From Fonticula alba ATCC 38817 (Eukaryota > Protista > Nucleariida), in NCBI GenBank assembly GCA_000388065.2, contig KB932213.1: DNA of 64,000 bases. One strand, given 5' to 3'. Under the pieces are notes generated by a model. That model was not told where the DNA came from. It did no database searches and saw only the letters and a program-made list of their open reading frames with translations. The translations under genes and the position numbers were made by a program. How positions within the stretch are numbered: position 1 is the first letter of the stretch; the number at the start of each line of letters is the position of its first letter. Below, piece by piece: positions 11,173 through 23,353 of this stretch.

Positions 11173-14100
11173 GCAGCAACAACAGCAACAGCAGCAACAG
11201 CAGCCTCTCGGGGCCCGGACGTGGAGGTGGCTCATCCTCGACGCTGGCCGCCGGGCCCGTGAACCGGGCGACATCCATCCGCGGCCGGCCGCCGGGGCTG
11301 GTCAGCACGAAGGTCAGCAGTTCGGCGTCGCTGCTGCCGGCGGCGCCCGGGGCCGGGACCGGCCCCGGCATCTCCGGGGCCCCGGTGGATCCGTCGGTTC
11401 TTCGGGCCATTTCCTCGTCGGCGCTGCTGAAGAACCCCCCGCCGGGGCCCGACGTGGCGCCGGCCACCGTGACCGACATGCTGGCGGCGACCGACTCGCA
11501 GCCGAACCACTTCGTGGTCGGCCGCTACTATGAGGATTGGTAATGTGGCCACCCCCCCCCCCCCTGCTCGCGTGCCGCCTCTCGCTCTTTGTCTCTCTGT
11601 CTGAACGCCCCTTCGCCTCGGCTCCTGGAGCAGCGCTCTAACCAGCTCGGCCTTTTCCCCCTCCCTCCTGGGCCTCCCCTGGCCCGGCGCCGCTGCAGTC
11701 TCTCGCGCCAGCTGATCAACTCGGCCGTCCGGTCGGTCCCCTTCCTGCGGCCGGACCTGAAGGTCCCGGCCCCGGGGCCGGCCATGGTTTCCTGCCGCGC
11801 GCTCATCGTCGAAGGCGAGACCGGCTCCGGGAAGACCACCCTCGCGCGCCTCTTTTCCTGGAATGCCCAAGCCGCCGGGTGTTTGGTCTTGTGCGTCGCC
11901 AGGCCTTTGCCGAGTGCCTCGCCCCCCCCCCCCCCCCCCATCAGGCAAGCGCATGCCCCAGGGCGCTTTCCCTTCTTCCCCCCACTGCGGCGCCTTCTAA
12001 CGCACCTTCTCCGCCCCCCCCCCCCTCCCCCCGCCTTCCCCCGCCCCCCGGGGTCCCTCTCTGGACGGCCTGCTTTCAGGCATGTCCGCCCGTCGGAGGC
12101 CTCGCCCAAGTCTCCGCTCTTCTCGGCACGGGCACTTCTCCGGTCGCTGGTGGCGCACGTCCTGGAGAAGACCGCCAACTACTACGAGATTGAGGCCCCG
12201 CCGGGGGACATGGCCGAGCCGCCGGCCTCGCCGGGGATCGTGTCGTCCTTTGGCCTGGGGCTGGGCCAGCGCCTGCTGCTGCCCGCGTCGCCGGGGCCGC
12301 TCTCGCCGCCGGTGGGGGCACCGCCGGGGCCGCACTCGCGGTCGGCGTCCGCGGTGTCCGGCCGGAGCATCGGCCCCGATGCCGAGGGGGCGGTGGCATC
12401 TGCCAGCACCGATGGCGATGGCCCCCGGGGCGTGGGCATGCCCGCCTCCGCGCCGGGGCTGCTGGCCCAGCGCAGCCAGACGGCCCTGGTGCTGACGGCC
12501 CTGCCGCCGGCGCGGCAGCTGGGGCCGCCGGCGGGTCCGGCCCCCGGGGCGCCGGGCCCGGCTGCCCCGGCCCCGGCCCCGGCCCCGGCCCCGGGGGGAC
12601 CATACTCGCGGCCGCCCATCACCCGTGGCCACACGGTGTCCTCGCTCTTCGGGTCCACCGACACCGGGATCCTGGAGGCGATTCTCCTGCCGCAGATGGG
12701 CGGCCGGGCCCCGGCCGCCGCGGCCCCGGCATTGGCGGCCGTCGGGCCCTCGCCCTCGGAGGGGTCACTCCTGCGGCCGGCCCCGCCGAGCCCGTTCGCC
12801 AGCCGGCCGGCCAGCGAGATGAGCCTGGACGTGAGCCATGGCGGCGCGTCGCCCGGGCCCCGGTCCGGACATCCGCTGCCCTTCCGCCGGGGGATCACCA
12901 TTTCGGCGCTGATCCCGGCGGCCGAGGACCAGGGCCCGGTGGGTGGCCCGCCGGTGGCCGGTCCGGCGGCGGCGGCGGCGGCGGCGGCCATCATGCGCCG
13001 GCAGGCGTCCACCGTGTCGACCTTCGGCCTGGCCGGGGCCGGGGCCGGGGCCGGGGCCAGCCCGGGGGGGCCTCTTCGCCCGGCCGGCCCGGCGCCCCGG
13101 ATGGGTGCTCACACCCGGACCGGGTCGTTTGCGGCCTTCGCGGCGGTGGCCGCCCCGGGCGCCGGCACCGGCCACTCGCCCTCTTCCTCCTCGGCGGGTG
13201 CCCGTGGGCATGGGGTGCTGATTGGGTCGGCCTCCGGGCCGGTGGGCATCCACCCGTCGGCCAGTGCCACGGTGGGCTTCGCCCCGGCCGGGGCCCTGCC
13301 AACCGCGCCCGGCTCGCGGCGGGCCTCGGATGCCGAGGGCCCGGGGCACGGCCCGGTCGGCGCCCCGGCCGGGGCCCTGCCCACCCCGCCCGGGTCGCGG
13401 CGGGCCTCGGATGCCGAGGGCCCGGCCCGCGTGCCGTCGTCCAATCCCGGCTCGCGGCGGGCCTCGGATGCCGAGGGGCCGCAAGGGCCCGGCCGAGTGG
13501 CGGTCGCCTCGCCGCTGGCCCTCTCGCCGTTGGTCAGCATCTCGGAGCTGACGGCCGACGAGCTGCAGGAGCTGGCCGCCAGCCAGACGGGCATGTTCTC
13601 CGGGGTGCCGCTGCGCGGGCCGGCCCTGGCCCGGCGCCTGTCGATCGACTCCTTCGCCACCTTCGACACCCTGGACACCATGTTCAATGAGAGTACGACT
13701 TGGGGCCCGGGCGGCCGGGCGCCGGGTGGCGTCCTTCTTTTTTTCCCCCCCCCCCCCCCCCTCCCTCCCCCCCTCCTCCGGGGCATGGCGCCGTGCTAAC
13801 TATGCGATGCTGTCCGTTCGCGCGTGCGCGGCAGGCTCCCTGCGCGAGGCCGAAAGGCTGCGCCTGTGCGTGTATCGCCTCTTCGGGGCGGAGTCCCTGC
13901 TCTCGGCGGAGCCGGTGCTGCCGGTGCACGGGTCCTCCGCCAGCCACCGGTCGCACCGGTCGACCCGGTCGTTGGGCATCCGGCAGGCGGCCCCCTCGGG
14001 CCAGGCCACCGGCATGGTGGGGCTCCTGTCGGCGACCGAGCAGCGCCGGCTGATCACCGAGCTGGAGAACCTCAGCCATCACCTGGGGCTGATTCTCTTC

Positions 14101-17100
14101 CCCTCGCGCTCGGCCAAAACCCCGATCGGCGCCTCGTCGGCCTCGCTGGCGCGCATCCTGGCCCGGCTGTCGCTCTTCGAGCCGGTGGTACGTGCGCCGT
14201 ATGGGTTCCCCCCCTATGTGTCGCCTCTGCGCTCCGTTGCGCCCCTCCCGCCCTCCCTTACGGCCTGTCTTTTGGCGGCCCTTCGCTGACCCGCGCGCTG
14301 CCTGGCCGATGACGCCCACCAGGCGATCATCGTCGACGATGCCCAGTGGCTTGATGACCACACTTCCCGAGCGCTGGCCCTGCTGGCCAATATGACGGCG
14401 CCGGTGGACCCGTCCGGCCCCGGGGCACCGGGGCCCGGCGAGTCGCTGAATGCCGACTCCCTGCACCGGACCGGCGGTGTGTTGATCTTTTCCTTTGTTC
14501 CCTGCCTCAACAACCACACCGGCACGGCCGACTCGTCGGACGTGTCGGGCATCCCGTGCGCCGCGCACCTGATGCAGCCGGCCGGTCCGGCGGATGCCCC
14601 GGCGACCGAGCAGCGGGACTTCCGCCTGCAGGACGACATGGCCGGGGTCCCCTCGCTGCGGGTGTCCATTCCATCGCTGCAGCGCCAGGAGTGTGACATG
14701 CTCATCGGTGCGCAACAGCCTTGCTCTCCACTCCCCCCCCCCCTTTCGCCCTGCTCTCTCTCTCGCCCATTCTTTTCCATTTTTTCCTCCCTCCGCCCAC
14801 GGTGCATACTAACCCCGTGGGCCACTTTCGGCCCCACGCCTCCCAGTACGCTGCTATGGCCGCGGCGTCCGGACCATCCAGGACCGCTTGAGTTTGGAAA
14901 TGTGCGTGCCGTGGCGGCCTCCCTCCGGTCCTTCCTCGCCCTGCCCCTTGTTGGACATGCCACAGCCGCCCCCGCTGACCTGTCCTCCCTCCCCCCTCCT
15001 TGCCCCGGGCCGCCAGCTTCGCGCGTACCCGCGGGCACCCCTCCTTCACCGAGGCCATCGGGTATGCGCTGCGCGACTCCGACGTCGTGGATGTCGTGGG
15101 GTCGGTGCTGCGCTTCCGCCATGCGGCCGCCGGGGCCTCGCTCCTGGCCGACACCCTGCCGTTGGATGTGGAGACCTCGCTCCTGGTGCAGTATGACTCG
15201 CTGAGTGCGTGCCGACGGCCGGCCGGGCTGCCTGCGGCGCTTCCTTTCGCCCTCCTTTCTTCTGGCCCATTCGCTGTTCCTTTGCACTGATGGCCTCCCT
15301 CGCCGGTCCCCGTCCCCCGCCTCTCCGCCCCCTTAGACCACATGTTCCAAACGATCCTCCGCGTGGCCAGCATCTTTGCCCACCAGGAGCCCTTCTCGAG
15401 CTACGACCTGGCGGCGGTCATGGCCCGGCTGGCCCTGCGGCCCAAGACCCCGAACCCCTACCTGTCGCTGCTTTGCTCGGATGTGGAGGAGCTGGATGCC
15501 GGGCTGCCGCGTGGCTTCCCGGCCCTGCGAGCGCTGGCCGCCGATGAGGTGGCGCGCGCGGCGGACCTCGACTCGGCCTGCCTGGATTTGGTGGCCCTGC
15601 GCCTGGTGTCGCTGGCCGTGTGCTACAATGGGCTGGGGTTCCTGACGATCCTTGGGCTGCCGAGCGCGGTGGCCCCGGCGGCCGGGCCTGCCAGCCCGGC
15701 CGATGTGCCTGAGGCTGGGCCCTGTCCGCCGGCGGCGGAGGACCGCGTCGCGCGCGTGGACTCCTTCTCCCGGTGCAAGCTATCCTTCCGGACGAGCTCC
15801 CACGCCGCTTGCGTGTATGGGGTCATGCTGTTCGAACTGCGAGCGGAGATCCACCTGGCCGCTGCGGAGTGCGTTTCTTTTTGTTCCCCGACCGGTGCCC
15901 TTTCCTCCGGGCGGGCGCCATGCCCCTCCCTCCCGCCGGCCCCCTTCCCGGCCGTTGCCCTGGGGCCAAATGACTGACCCGCCTGCGCCAGGTACTACGA
16001 GCGGCGTTTGACGGAGAACAGCCGATTCGCGCATGCGCCCATCGTGGCCTTCCACTATATGCGCACGGACTTGGCTCCGAAGAAGGTGCGTGTGCCTTTC
16101 GCTGTGGCCCCCGGCGCGCGCATGTTGTAACCCACTCCCGCTGGTTCCCCGGCCCCGCCAGATCGAGTATCTGGAAATTGTGTCCTTCTTCCTGGCCGAC
16201 ATTCACTGCATGTCGGAGGCGGCGCTGGGCCTGGCGCAGCTGTGCGAGATCGCCACCATTCCCCCGGCGGCCGACACCGACGCCAAGGTGCCCACCTTCC
16301 TTGTGAGCCCGGCGCGCATTCACTCCTGGATGGCCAAGCGCGTGTCGGCACTCGAGGGTGCCGGCGACCTGTATCGTGCCCTGGCCGAGGCCGGCTTACG
16401 TACGTTGTCTCTCCCTCCCTCGCTGGCTGCCCATGTCCCAGGCGCCCCTCTTACCTGTCCTCCGCCCACGCGCACACGCACACATGCACGTGCACATGTT
16501 CGCGCGCACACACACGCATCATACACATGGATGCACATGGATGCACATGCTGCGCGTGGCTGCTGTGGACCTCTGCGTGCATGCATGCACATTCAGTGCT
16601 CCACTATCTGGGGTATGCACCGCCACAGGTGTCCTCCTCGGCGGAGCTGGCCAGCCGGGTGTTCTTCCAGGAGCGCGTGCTGCTGCTGAGCCTTGCCCGG
16701 CTGCTTGATCGGTCCCCCGAGGCCTTTGCTTCGGTGACCGGACCGGCGGCCCCCCGGCGGCGCGGGCTGGCTCGGCTGCTGGACTTCCTGCGACGGCCCT
16801 TCGGCCCCGGGCGCCGGGGCACGGCCAGCGGGCCCGGGCGCCCCGGCAGGCCCGGCACCCCGGGGCCCAGCGCCCCCGGCTCGGCATCCTCCTCGACTCC
16901 CCCCTCGGCATCGAGCTCCTTCTTCTCGAGCGATCTGTTTGCCGACACCGGGACCGACTCGCTCGGGTCCCTCGGGTCGCTGGAGGCCCTCGGCGGCGGC
17001 GGCGGTGGCGGCGGCAGCGGATCCGATCTGTCGCCGCTGCTGCTGTCGGACCGCGACGCGCGCAGCCTCGCGGCGCAAGTGCTGCTGCATTCCTCGCATC

Positions 17101-19665
17101 TGCTCTACCAGCTGGGACTCTTCGTGGACGCGGCGGATGCCTTGCTCCGGTCGGCCTTCCTGTGCCTGGGGCTGCCGCTGGTGGAGGCGGCCGACCTGCG
17201 CTCCATGACGGCCGACGCCTTTGCCCAGCGGCACCGGGCGCGCGAATGCGGCCTGGATGCCTGGCCGGTGGTTTTGTCCGGCCTGGCGGTCGCCTGGCAA
17301 TCTGCCAGTCGGGAAGAGGTGCGCCCCGGGCCTTCCTTTTGTCTGCCCCCCCCCCCGTTCCGAGTGAGGACTTGCTCGCTGCCCATCGGGGAGGGGGGAC
17401 GGCGCTCTGCCGCTTGCCTCCTCGGCACCGGCGCCCACGCACACATGCGCCCATGCACTTACCGACCATGCGCTCCCCCCTTTGGCTGGTAGATTGCCTG
17501 CGCGGCATCCGACCGGGCCGAGATGCTGCTGCTCCGGTCACCCCCGGCCTCGGAGGCCGAGCTGGCCGCGCACCTGGCCCTGCGGGAGCTGCTGCGCTTC
17601 GACCTGGACCGGGCCTTTGGCTACCTGCGGGCGTCGCAATTCTGCGCCATTGACACGGCGCAGCGCGGTGTGGCGGCTCGGTCGCGCTTCCATGCCATGC
17701 TCCTGACGCTGGTGGCCGGGCACCATCACTCCCGGCAGAAGATCGGCCTGCACCATGGGAACTCCTTTGCCACGGTGGGCGGCATGGAGGCGCCGGCCGG
17801 GGCCGGGGATGAAACCCCGGTCCCGGGCATGGCCGCCCCATCCATGGGCCTGGTGGTGGAACTGGCCCTGGAGGAGTGCCTGGCATCGGATGACATCCGG
17901 AGCGCCATCGACTTGTGTGCCTTTTCCATGGTTTCGGCCCTGCGTGCGTGCTCCGGGGGTTGGGCTCCTCTGCGCTGGGTTTTCCCGCTGCCGGGGTTTT
18001 TTTTTTTTCCGCCGGCCTTCCTTCTTGGCTGCTGACGTGCCGAATGTCTGGCGCTCCCTCTTCCCTCGCCCCCCCCTCCTTGGCTCCCGGTCCGTCACCC
18101 GGTCGCCCTTGGGCCGGCTGCTCGGCGGCCAGTCCTTCGCCGGTCGGCCGAGACCGACGCCTGGTTTGTGCGCTTCGCCGAGCTCCTGCGCAGCACCAAC
18201 CCCCAGCACGACACGGCCGACGGCATGGTGGCCCTGCAGCAGTCGGACTTCTCCGTGCAGCCGGACACCCTGGGCCTCAGCGTGCCGCTGTATGTGGTCC
18301 ACCTGCTGGACATGGATTCCGACCACTCGATGCTGAGTCGGTCCTTCCGTGCGGTGAGCTGCGCGCTGGTGTTCATTTCGGTGCGCCCGGCCCCGCCGAC
18401 CGCGGGGCATGCATTTCTCCCCCACCCTCCGGCCTCCTCCCCCTCTCACACCTGGCGCGTGCCCTTGGGCCCCTTTTCTCTGGGCCTCCCCCGTGGCGGG
18501 TGCTGCATTCAGAAAAAAACCTACGAGATCGCCATCTACTGCATGCACCGGGCCCTCTTCTACCTGTCGGACTACTTCCTGACGCGCACCGAGCTGGCCG
18601 GGCCGTTTGCCGTGGTGCCGGACATCACGCTCCTGGTGACGATGGTGCGTGAATGCCCATGACACACGCCCGCCCCCGGGTGCAGGGCCACCTGGGGTGG
18701 GAGAGGGAGGCGGGGAGGGGGCTCCGCGAGGCCTGCTGGTCCGTTGGAACCCCCCCCCCTCCACCGGGCGAGAGCATCATGCAGATAAGCCCCATTCCGA
18801 GGGGAACCCCCATCCGAGTGGCGCTTTGTCCGAGTGGTTAAGGAGCCAGCCTGCTAAGTTGGTGTGCTCTGCACGCGCGTGTTCGAATCACGCAGGCGTC
18901 AAATTCTTTTTTGTGTCTGACCCTTTTTGCCCGCCCCCGATCGTGCTCGCACACGCGCCCCGCCATCCTCTCCTTGCCCTGCCTCGCTGCTTTTTTCCGC
19001 CTCCCGCCCCGGCACACGTGCGCGTGCATTGCGCCCACCCATCCATCCGCCCCCCGCACATCCGCAACCACGCACACACACATACACATACGCACAGTGG
19101 CTTGCCTCTTTGGCCACGGCCCAGCTGGCGGTCGGGCACTCCTGCCAGAGGATCGTCAAGGCCTCCCTCCGGGGGCACCTGGTCACCATGGCCGGGGCCC
19201 TGAACACGCTGAACCTCTGTCTGGGCGAGTCGGGCGGGACCCTGGCGCTGGCTTCGCTCGCGGCCACACGGGCCGCACACCTTCTCCTGGCCGGGCGTCG
19301 TACCAAGGCCCGGAAGGCCCTGCTCGCGGTATGTGAAATGTCTCTCCTCGCCTGTCCCCGATGCCCTGGCGCGGCTGCTGCCCGCCTGGCGCTTTTTGTC
19401 CCGGCCCTCTCCCTCCCCTTCATGCATTGTCTGACATTTGTGCCGCGTGGGCGTGGCGGCGCGTGGCGCGCAGGTACTCCGGTCCCAGTTCGGACTCCGG
19501 AAGAGGTCCGGGTGGGGGGCCGGCCGGGCTCAGGCAGCCGCGGCCGACCCGGCCTTCGACCATGTGGACCAAGGGCCACCATCGCCGGAGCAGGTGCGTC
19601 CCGGCACGCCGACCTCCGAGGTTGAACGGCGTCTGGTCCAGCTGCTGGCCACGCTTGGTCCTTGA
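7102..19665 (+). CDS. ADCY10: Soluble adenylyl cyclase, ADCY10/sAC-like: two class III cyclase domains, a STAND-type P-loop NTPase and a helical C-terminal region; many introns
   Basis: C1 has GILDISGYSALT, GGDVIKFAGDAIIVVW and LSMHIGVAFG. C2 has NELRTVSVVF, LRQMMMDDKG..VLAVFGLPP, SIGVATG, DHTILGDCVNMAARLM and IRVKGK. The NTPase region has LIVEGETGSGKTT (Walker A), IIVDDAQWLD (Walker B) and RGHPSFTEAI, followed by LLVQYDSL..FQTILRVASI and VYGVMLFELRAEIHLAAAEYY. The stop is TGA at 19663-19665; some distal exon boundaries are approximate. Confidence 0.9.
9797..9887 (+). repeat. Intronic minisatellite, about 3.8 copies of a 24-bp unit (CTGCTCATCCCCCTTCCGCCGTCC) that decays along the array
   Basis: Units start at 9797, 9821, 9845 and 9869 (partial), inside an sAC intron. 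Confidence 0.8.
13281..13481 (+). repeat. Coding tandem repeat giving three copies of PGSRRASDAEGP in the cyclase
   Basis: The first two units have an 81-nt period (13281 and 13362). A shorter third core copy starts near 13447. Confidence 0.85.
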
Positions 19666-20019
19666 CACCCCCAGCGAAGCGGGGGGGGGGGGGGGGGGGG
19701 GCCATGCAATACAGCTTCAAGTGGGGCGCCGACCCTGTTCCATCTTGCCGGTGCTGGTGTCGCTGCTGCTGCTGGGGCTCCTCCCGGCGATCCCGGGTGG
19801 CCCTGAGAGACAGACGGGCTGGCCCGGGAACGAGCGGCCTTTGCCTCGCCCGAATATCAAACCTGCGCGAGCTGTGTGTGTGTGTGTGTGCATCATTTTT
19901 CTCTTCTATTCTTGCCCGATAAAAACGGCTCCCCCAGCCAGCCCGGGCGCGAGGGGCGACGGGCGAGGACAGGAAAAATCCCGGGGGTGGGAAGAGGCAG
20001 GGCGCCGGCAGAGCCGCAC

Positions 20020-20459
20020 TCAGGAGATGCGGTTCATGGTGCGCTGGGCGCCGTGGAGCCGGGCCTGGGTGCTGTCCACATCGCGGGACAGGTCGTCGAG
20101 CATGCGGTTCTGGGTGTCTGTGGGAGGGCGGCAGAGGAGCGGGGAGGGGGATGGTCAGTCGTGGCGAGGTGTGATGGCAGCGAGGGGCGAGCAGGGGGGA
20201 AGAGGCCGGAGGCGCACCGAGCTCGGTGTTGATGGCCATGGAGATCTCCTTCTGGCGGACGACCGAGGAGTACAGCTGGTCCAGCATGGCGTCCTGCTCG
20301 GCGATGGCCTTGGACGAGTGCTCCAGCAGCTGGCGGTTGTCCATGCTCAGGGTCTCGGTGGTTTCCTGGGTCGGGGCAGCCGGGGCACCGAACTGGCGCC
20401 GGCGGGGGCCGCGCTGGGCCGGCGCCTCCGACGAGGTCCGGGTCAGCTCATTGACCGCG
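20020..20459 (-). CDS. C-terminal exons of a Vam7-like / syntaxin-8-class Qc-SNARE with no TM anchor
   Basis: Exons 20218-20459 and 20020-20117 splice as ...RRRQFGAPAAPTQETTETLSMDNRQLLEHSSKAIAEQDAMLDQLYSSVVRQKEISMAINTEL-DTQNRMLDDLSRDVDSTQARLHGAQRTMNRIS*. The intron is G|GTGCGC...CAG|AC, and the zero-layer Gln lies in DTQN. Confidence 0.8.
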
Positions 20460-21133
20460 CTGCCGGAGGGGACACGGGGCGAGAGGGGTCAGTCTGAGCA
20501 GGCTGGNNNNNNNNNNNNNNNNNNNNNNNNNNNNNNNNNNNNNNNNNNNNNNNNNNNNNNNNNNNNNNNNNNNNNNNNNNNNNNNNNNNNNNNNNNNNNN
20601 NNNNNNNNNNNNNNNNNNNNNNNNNNNNNNNNNNNNNNNNNNNNNNNNNNNNNNNNNNNNNNNNNNNNNNNNNNNNNNNNNNNNNNNNNNNNNNNNNNNN
20701 NNNNNNNNNNNNNNNNNNNNNNNNNNNNNNNNNNNNNNNNNNNNNNNNNNNNNNNNNNNNNNNNNNNNNNNNNNNNNNNNNNNNNNNNNNNNNNNNNNNN
20801 NNNNNNNNNNNNNNNNNNNNNNNNNNNNNNNNNNNNNNNNNNNNNNNNNNNNNNNNNNNNNNNNNNNNNNNNNNNNNNNNNNNNNNNNNNNNNNNNNNNN
20901 NNNNNNNNNNNNNNNNNNNNNNNNNNNNNNNNNNNNNNNNNNNNNNNNNNNNNNNNNNNNNNNNNNNNNNNNNNNNNNNNNNNNNNNNNNNNNNNNNNNN
21001 NNNNNNNNNNNNNNNNNNNNNNNNNNNNNNNNNNNNNNNNNNNNNNNNNNNNNNNNNNNNNNNNNNNNNNNNNNNNNNNNNNNNNNNNNNNNNNNNNNNN
21101 NNNNNNNNNNNNNNNNNNNNNNNNNNNNNNNNN

Positions 21134-21441
21134 GAGACATGTGTGGGGACGCACGCGGCCGAGGACTGCTGGGAGTGCTGGACCTCCTGGGCCGGAGGCT
21201 GCTGGGCCTGCTGCTGGGCAGCCGGGGGGGTAGAAACATTGGTGGCCGGGGGGGTGGTGGTCTCGGCCGCCTCGGCGGGCTCCTCGGGCTTGGAGCTGAA
21301 GATGCCCTTGAAAAAGTCGCTGCGCGTGGGGGAGAACCGGGAAGGCGGGGGGGAGGGCGGTCAGCCGGGGGAAGGAATGAGAAAGAGTGGCCAAGCTAGC
21401 AGAGGCAGGGACGGGGGCCGGGGCGGGGGTGCGTACAACAT
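21134..21441 (-). CDS. Probable 5' exons of the Qc-SNARE gene (or of a separate gene across the gap)
   Basis: ATGTT|GTACGC...CGCAG|C GAC TTT gives MFDFFKGIFSSKPEEPAEAAETTTPPATNVSTPPAAQQQAQQPP.... A 627-N gap separates this from the SNARE exons. Confidence 0.5.
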
Positions 21442-22584
21442 GGGGGCGGAGGGAGAAAGAGGGGGGGGGGAATGAAAGGGGCAAAGGAGGATGGGGCAGG
21501 GGGGGGAGGGCGGGCTTGTGTGGATGCCGCGCGCGCGCAGGGCCTGACCGCCGACCAGGGTCGCCCATCAAGCCGCCCCCGCCGAGCTCGACAGGAATCG
21601 AGATCCCTGCCGGACCAGCCTCCGGGCGGACCCCCGGTCCGGGGGACGATGGTCCTGGCCCCGCCCGCCCCGCCCCCCCTGGGGGCCGCCGGGCGTGCGA
21701 GGTTGCCTTGGCTGACCGAGCGCGCCAGCGCGCCAGCTCACACCTGATCGGGCCTCCTCTCGGAAGACGGGGCCTCCCCTCCCCCCCTGCCCAGCAAAAT
21801 CCCCAACATATTTAATCCCCCCAAGATACGGCCTTCCACAAACAATACACGGTCCCAGATGAGACACCGGCGGGAAGGGCCCTCGCCTGCCTCGGCGCCC
21901 CCTGTTGCCGCTTTCTTCGGGGGGGGCGCCCAGGCCGGACCCGGGTTTCTTTCGTGGGCCTCTCCCCCGCGCGCGCGCGCCCCGGGAAGGGAAAACGCCG
22001 AGTCAGAGCCGCGCCAGGTCACGCCGGGGCGCATCCACCAGCTGACCCGGAGCCCACATGACCTGGGCCTTAGACCGCTGGCGTTGGACACATCGCGCGC
22101 TGGGGCTTCGCTCCTCCGCCGTGTTCCGCGGGGAGAGGGGACGACGGGGAGCAGCTATCTCCCCAGCTAGCGGGATCTGACCCGGCCCCCCCCCCAGGAA
22201 GACCCCCCCCACAAGCCGGTGGGGAGGGCAAAGAGCCCGTGCGCCGCGCGACCGGAGGCCCCGGCGGCCCGCCGGAGCACTCACCCACCCACCCANNNNN
22301 NNNNNNNNNNNNNNNNNNNNNNNNNNNNNNNNNNNNNNNNNNNNNNNNNNNNNNNNNNNNNNNNNNNNNNNNNNNNNNNNNNNNNNNNNNNNNNNNNNNN
22401 NNNNNNNNNNNNNNNNNNNNNNNNNNNNNNNNNNNNNNNNNNNNNNNNNNNNNNNNNNNNNNNNNNNNNNNNNNNNNNNNNNNNNNNNNNNNNNNNCCCC
22501 CCCCTCCTCCGCCAGCCCCCTCCCCCGTGCCTGGCCGCCCGTCTCTTCCTCTCCTTCCCTCCGGCCGCTGCTCCCGCCTGACCA

Positions 22585-23353
22585 ATGCTCCGCTCGGTGT
22601 CCGCCTTCTCGACTGCCCGCTCGGCCGCACGCGCGGTCTTCGCCGCGCCGCGTGCCGCGACCGCCGTGCGCGCCTTCAGCGCCTCCACTCCCCCGGCCTC
22701 GGAGGAGGGCGTGCGCGACTCGCCGGTCTGGCAGCTGGGCAAGATCAACCACATCGCCATCGCCGTGCCCAACCTCAAGGACACCTCCTTTTTCTACCGC
22801 GACATCCTGCGCGCGTCGCATGTCAGCGAGGAGCAGGTATGTGTGTCTGCCCGGGGCCCCACATGCCCGGCGGTGTGGCCATCCTTCATGGGCTTCGGCC
22901 TGGCGCCGGGTCCGTGACGTTCCGGTGCTTGTCTCTGACCCCCTTTGCGCCTGTCCTGCCCCGCTTCGTCCCCCCTCGTCCCTACCCCTGTGCCCCCAAA
23001 ACACACACACACACACACACACACACGGGCAGAACCTCCCCGAGCATGGCGTCACCACGGTTTTCATCCACCCCGGCCAGGACAAGTCCCAGACTCTGAT
23101 CGAGCTGCTGCACCCGTACCCGGCCGACTCGACCACCTCCCCGATCAGCAGCTTCCTGGCGCGCAACCCCCAGGGTGGCATCCACCATGTGTGCCTCGAG
23201 GTGAATGACATCCAGGCGGCCTGCGCCTCGCTCCGCGAGAAGGGCATCCGCCTGCTGTACGACGCCCCGAAGATCGGTGCCCACGGCAAGCCGGTCATGT
23301 TCATCCACCCGAAGGACTGCAATGGCGTGCTGGTCGAGCTGGAGCAGGAGTAA
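22585..23353 (+). CDS. MCEE: Methylmalonyl-CoA epimerase, mitochondrial (VOC fold); exons 22585-22836 and 23033-23353
   Basis: An Arg/Ala/Ser-rich presequence precedes WQLGKINHIAIAVPNL, LPEHGVTTVFI, IELLHP, GGIHHVCLEV and PKIGAHGKPVMFIHPKDCNGVLVELEQ. The metal ligands H, E, H, E are present. The intron is canonical GTATGT...GCAG. Confidence 0.95.

Noticed and set aside
20010-20030. TGA followed directly by GTGCGG, suggesting stop readthrough, selenocysteine or a hidden TM exon
   Set aside because: The putative donor lies after the stop, I found no hydrophobic exon or SECIS-like element downstream, and the SNARE motif is already complete. At most this is a 3' UTR intron.
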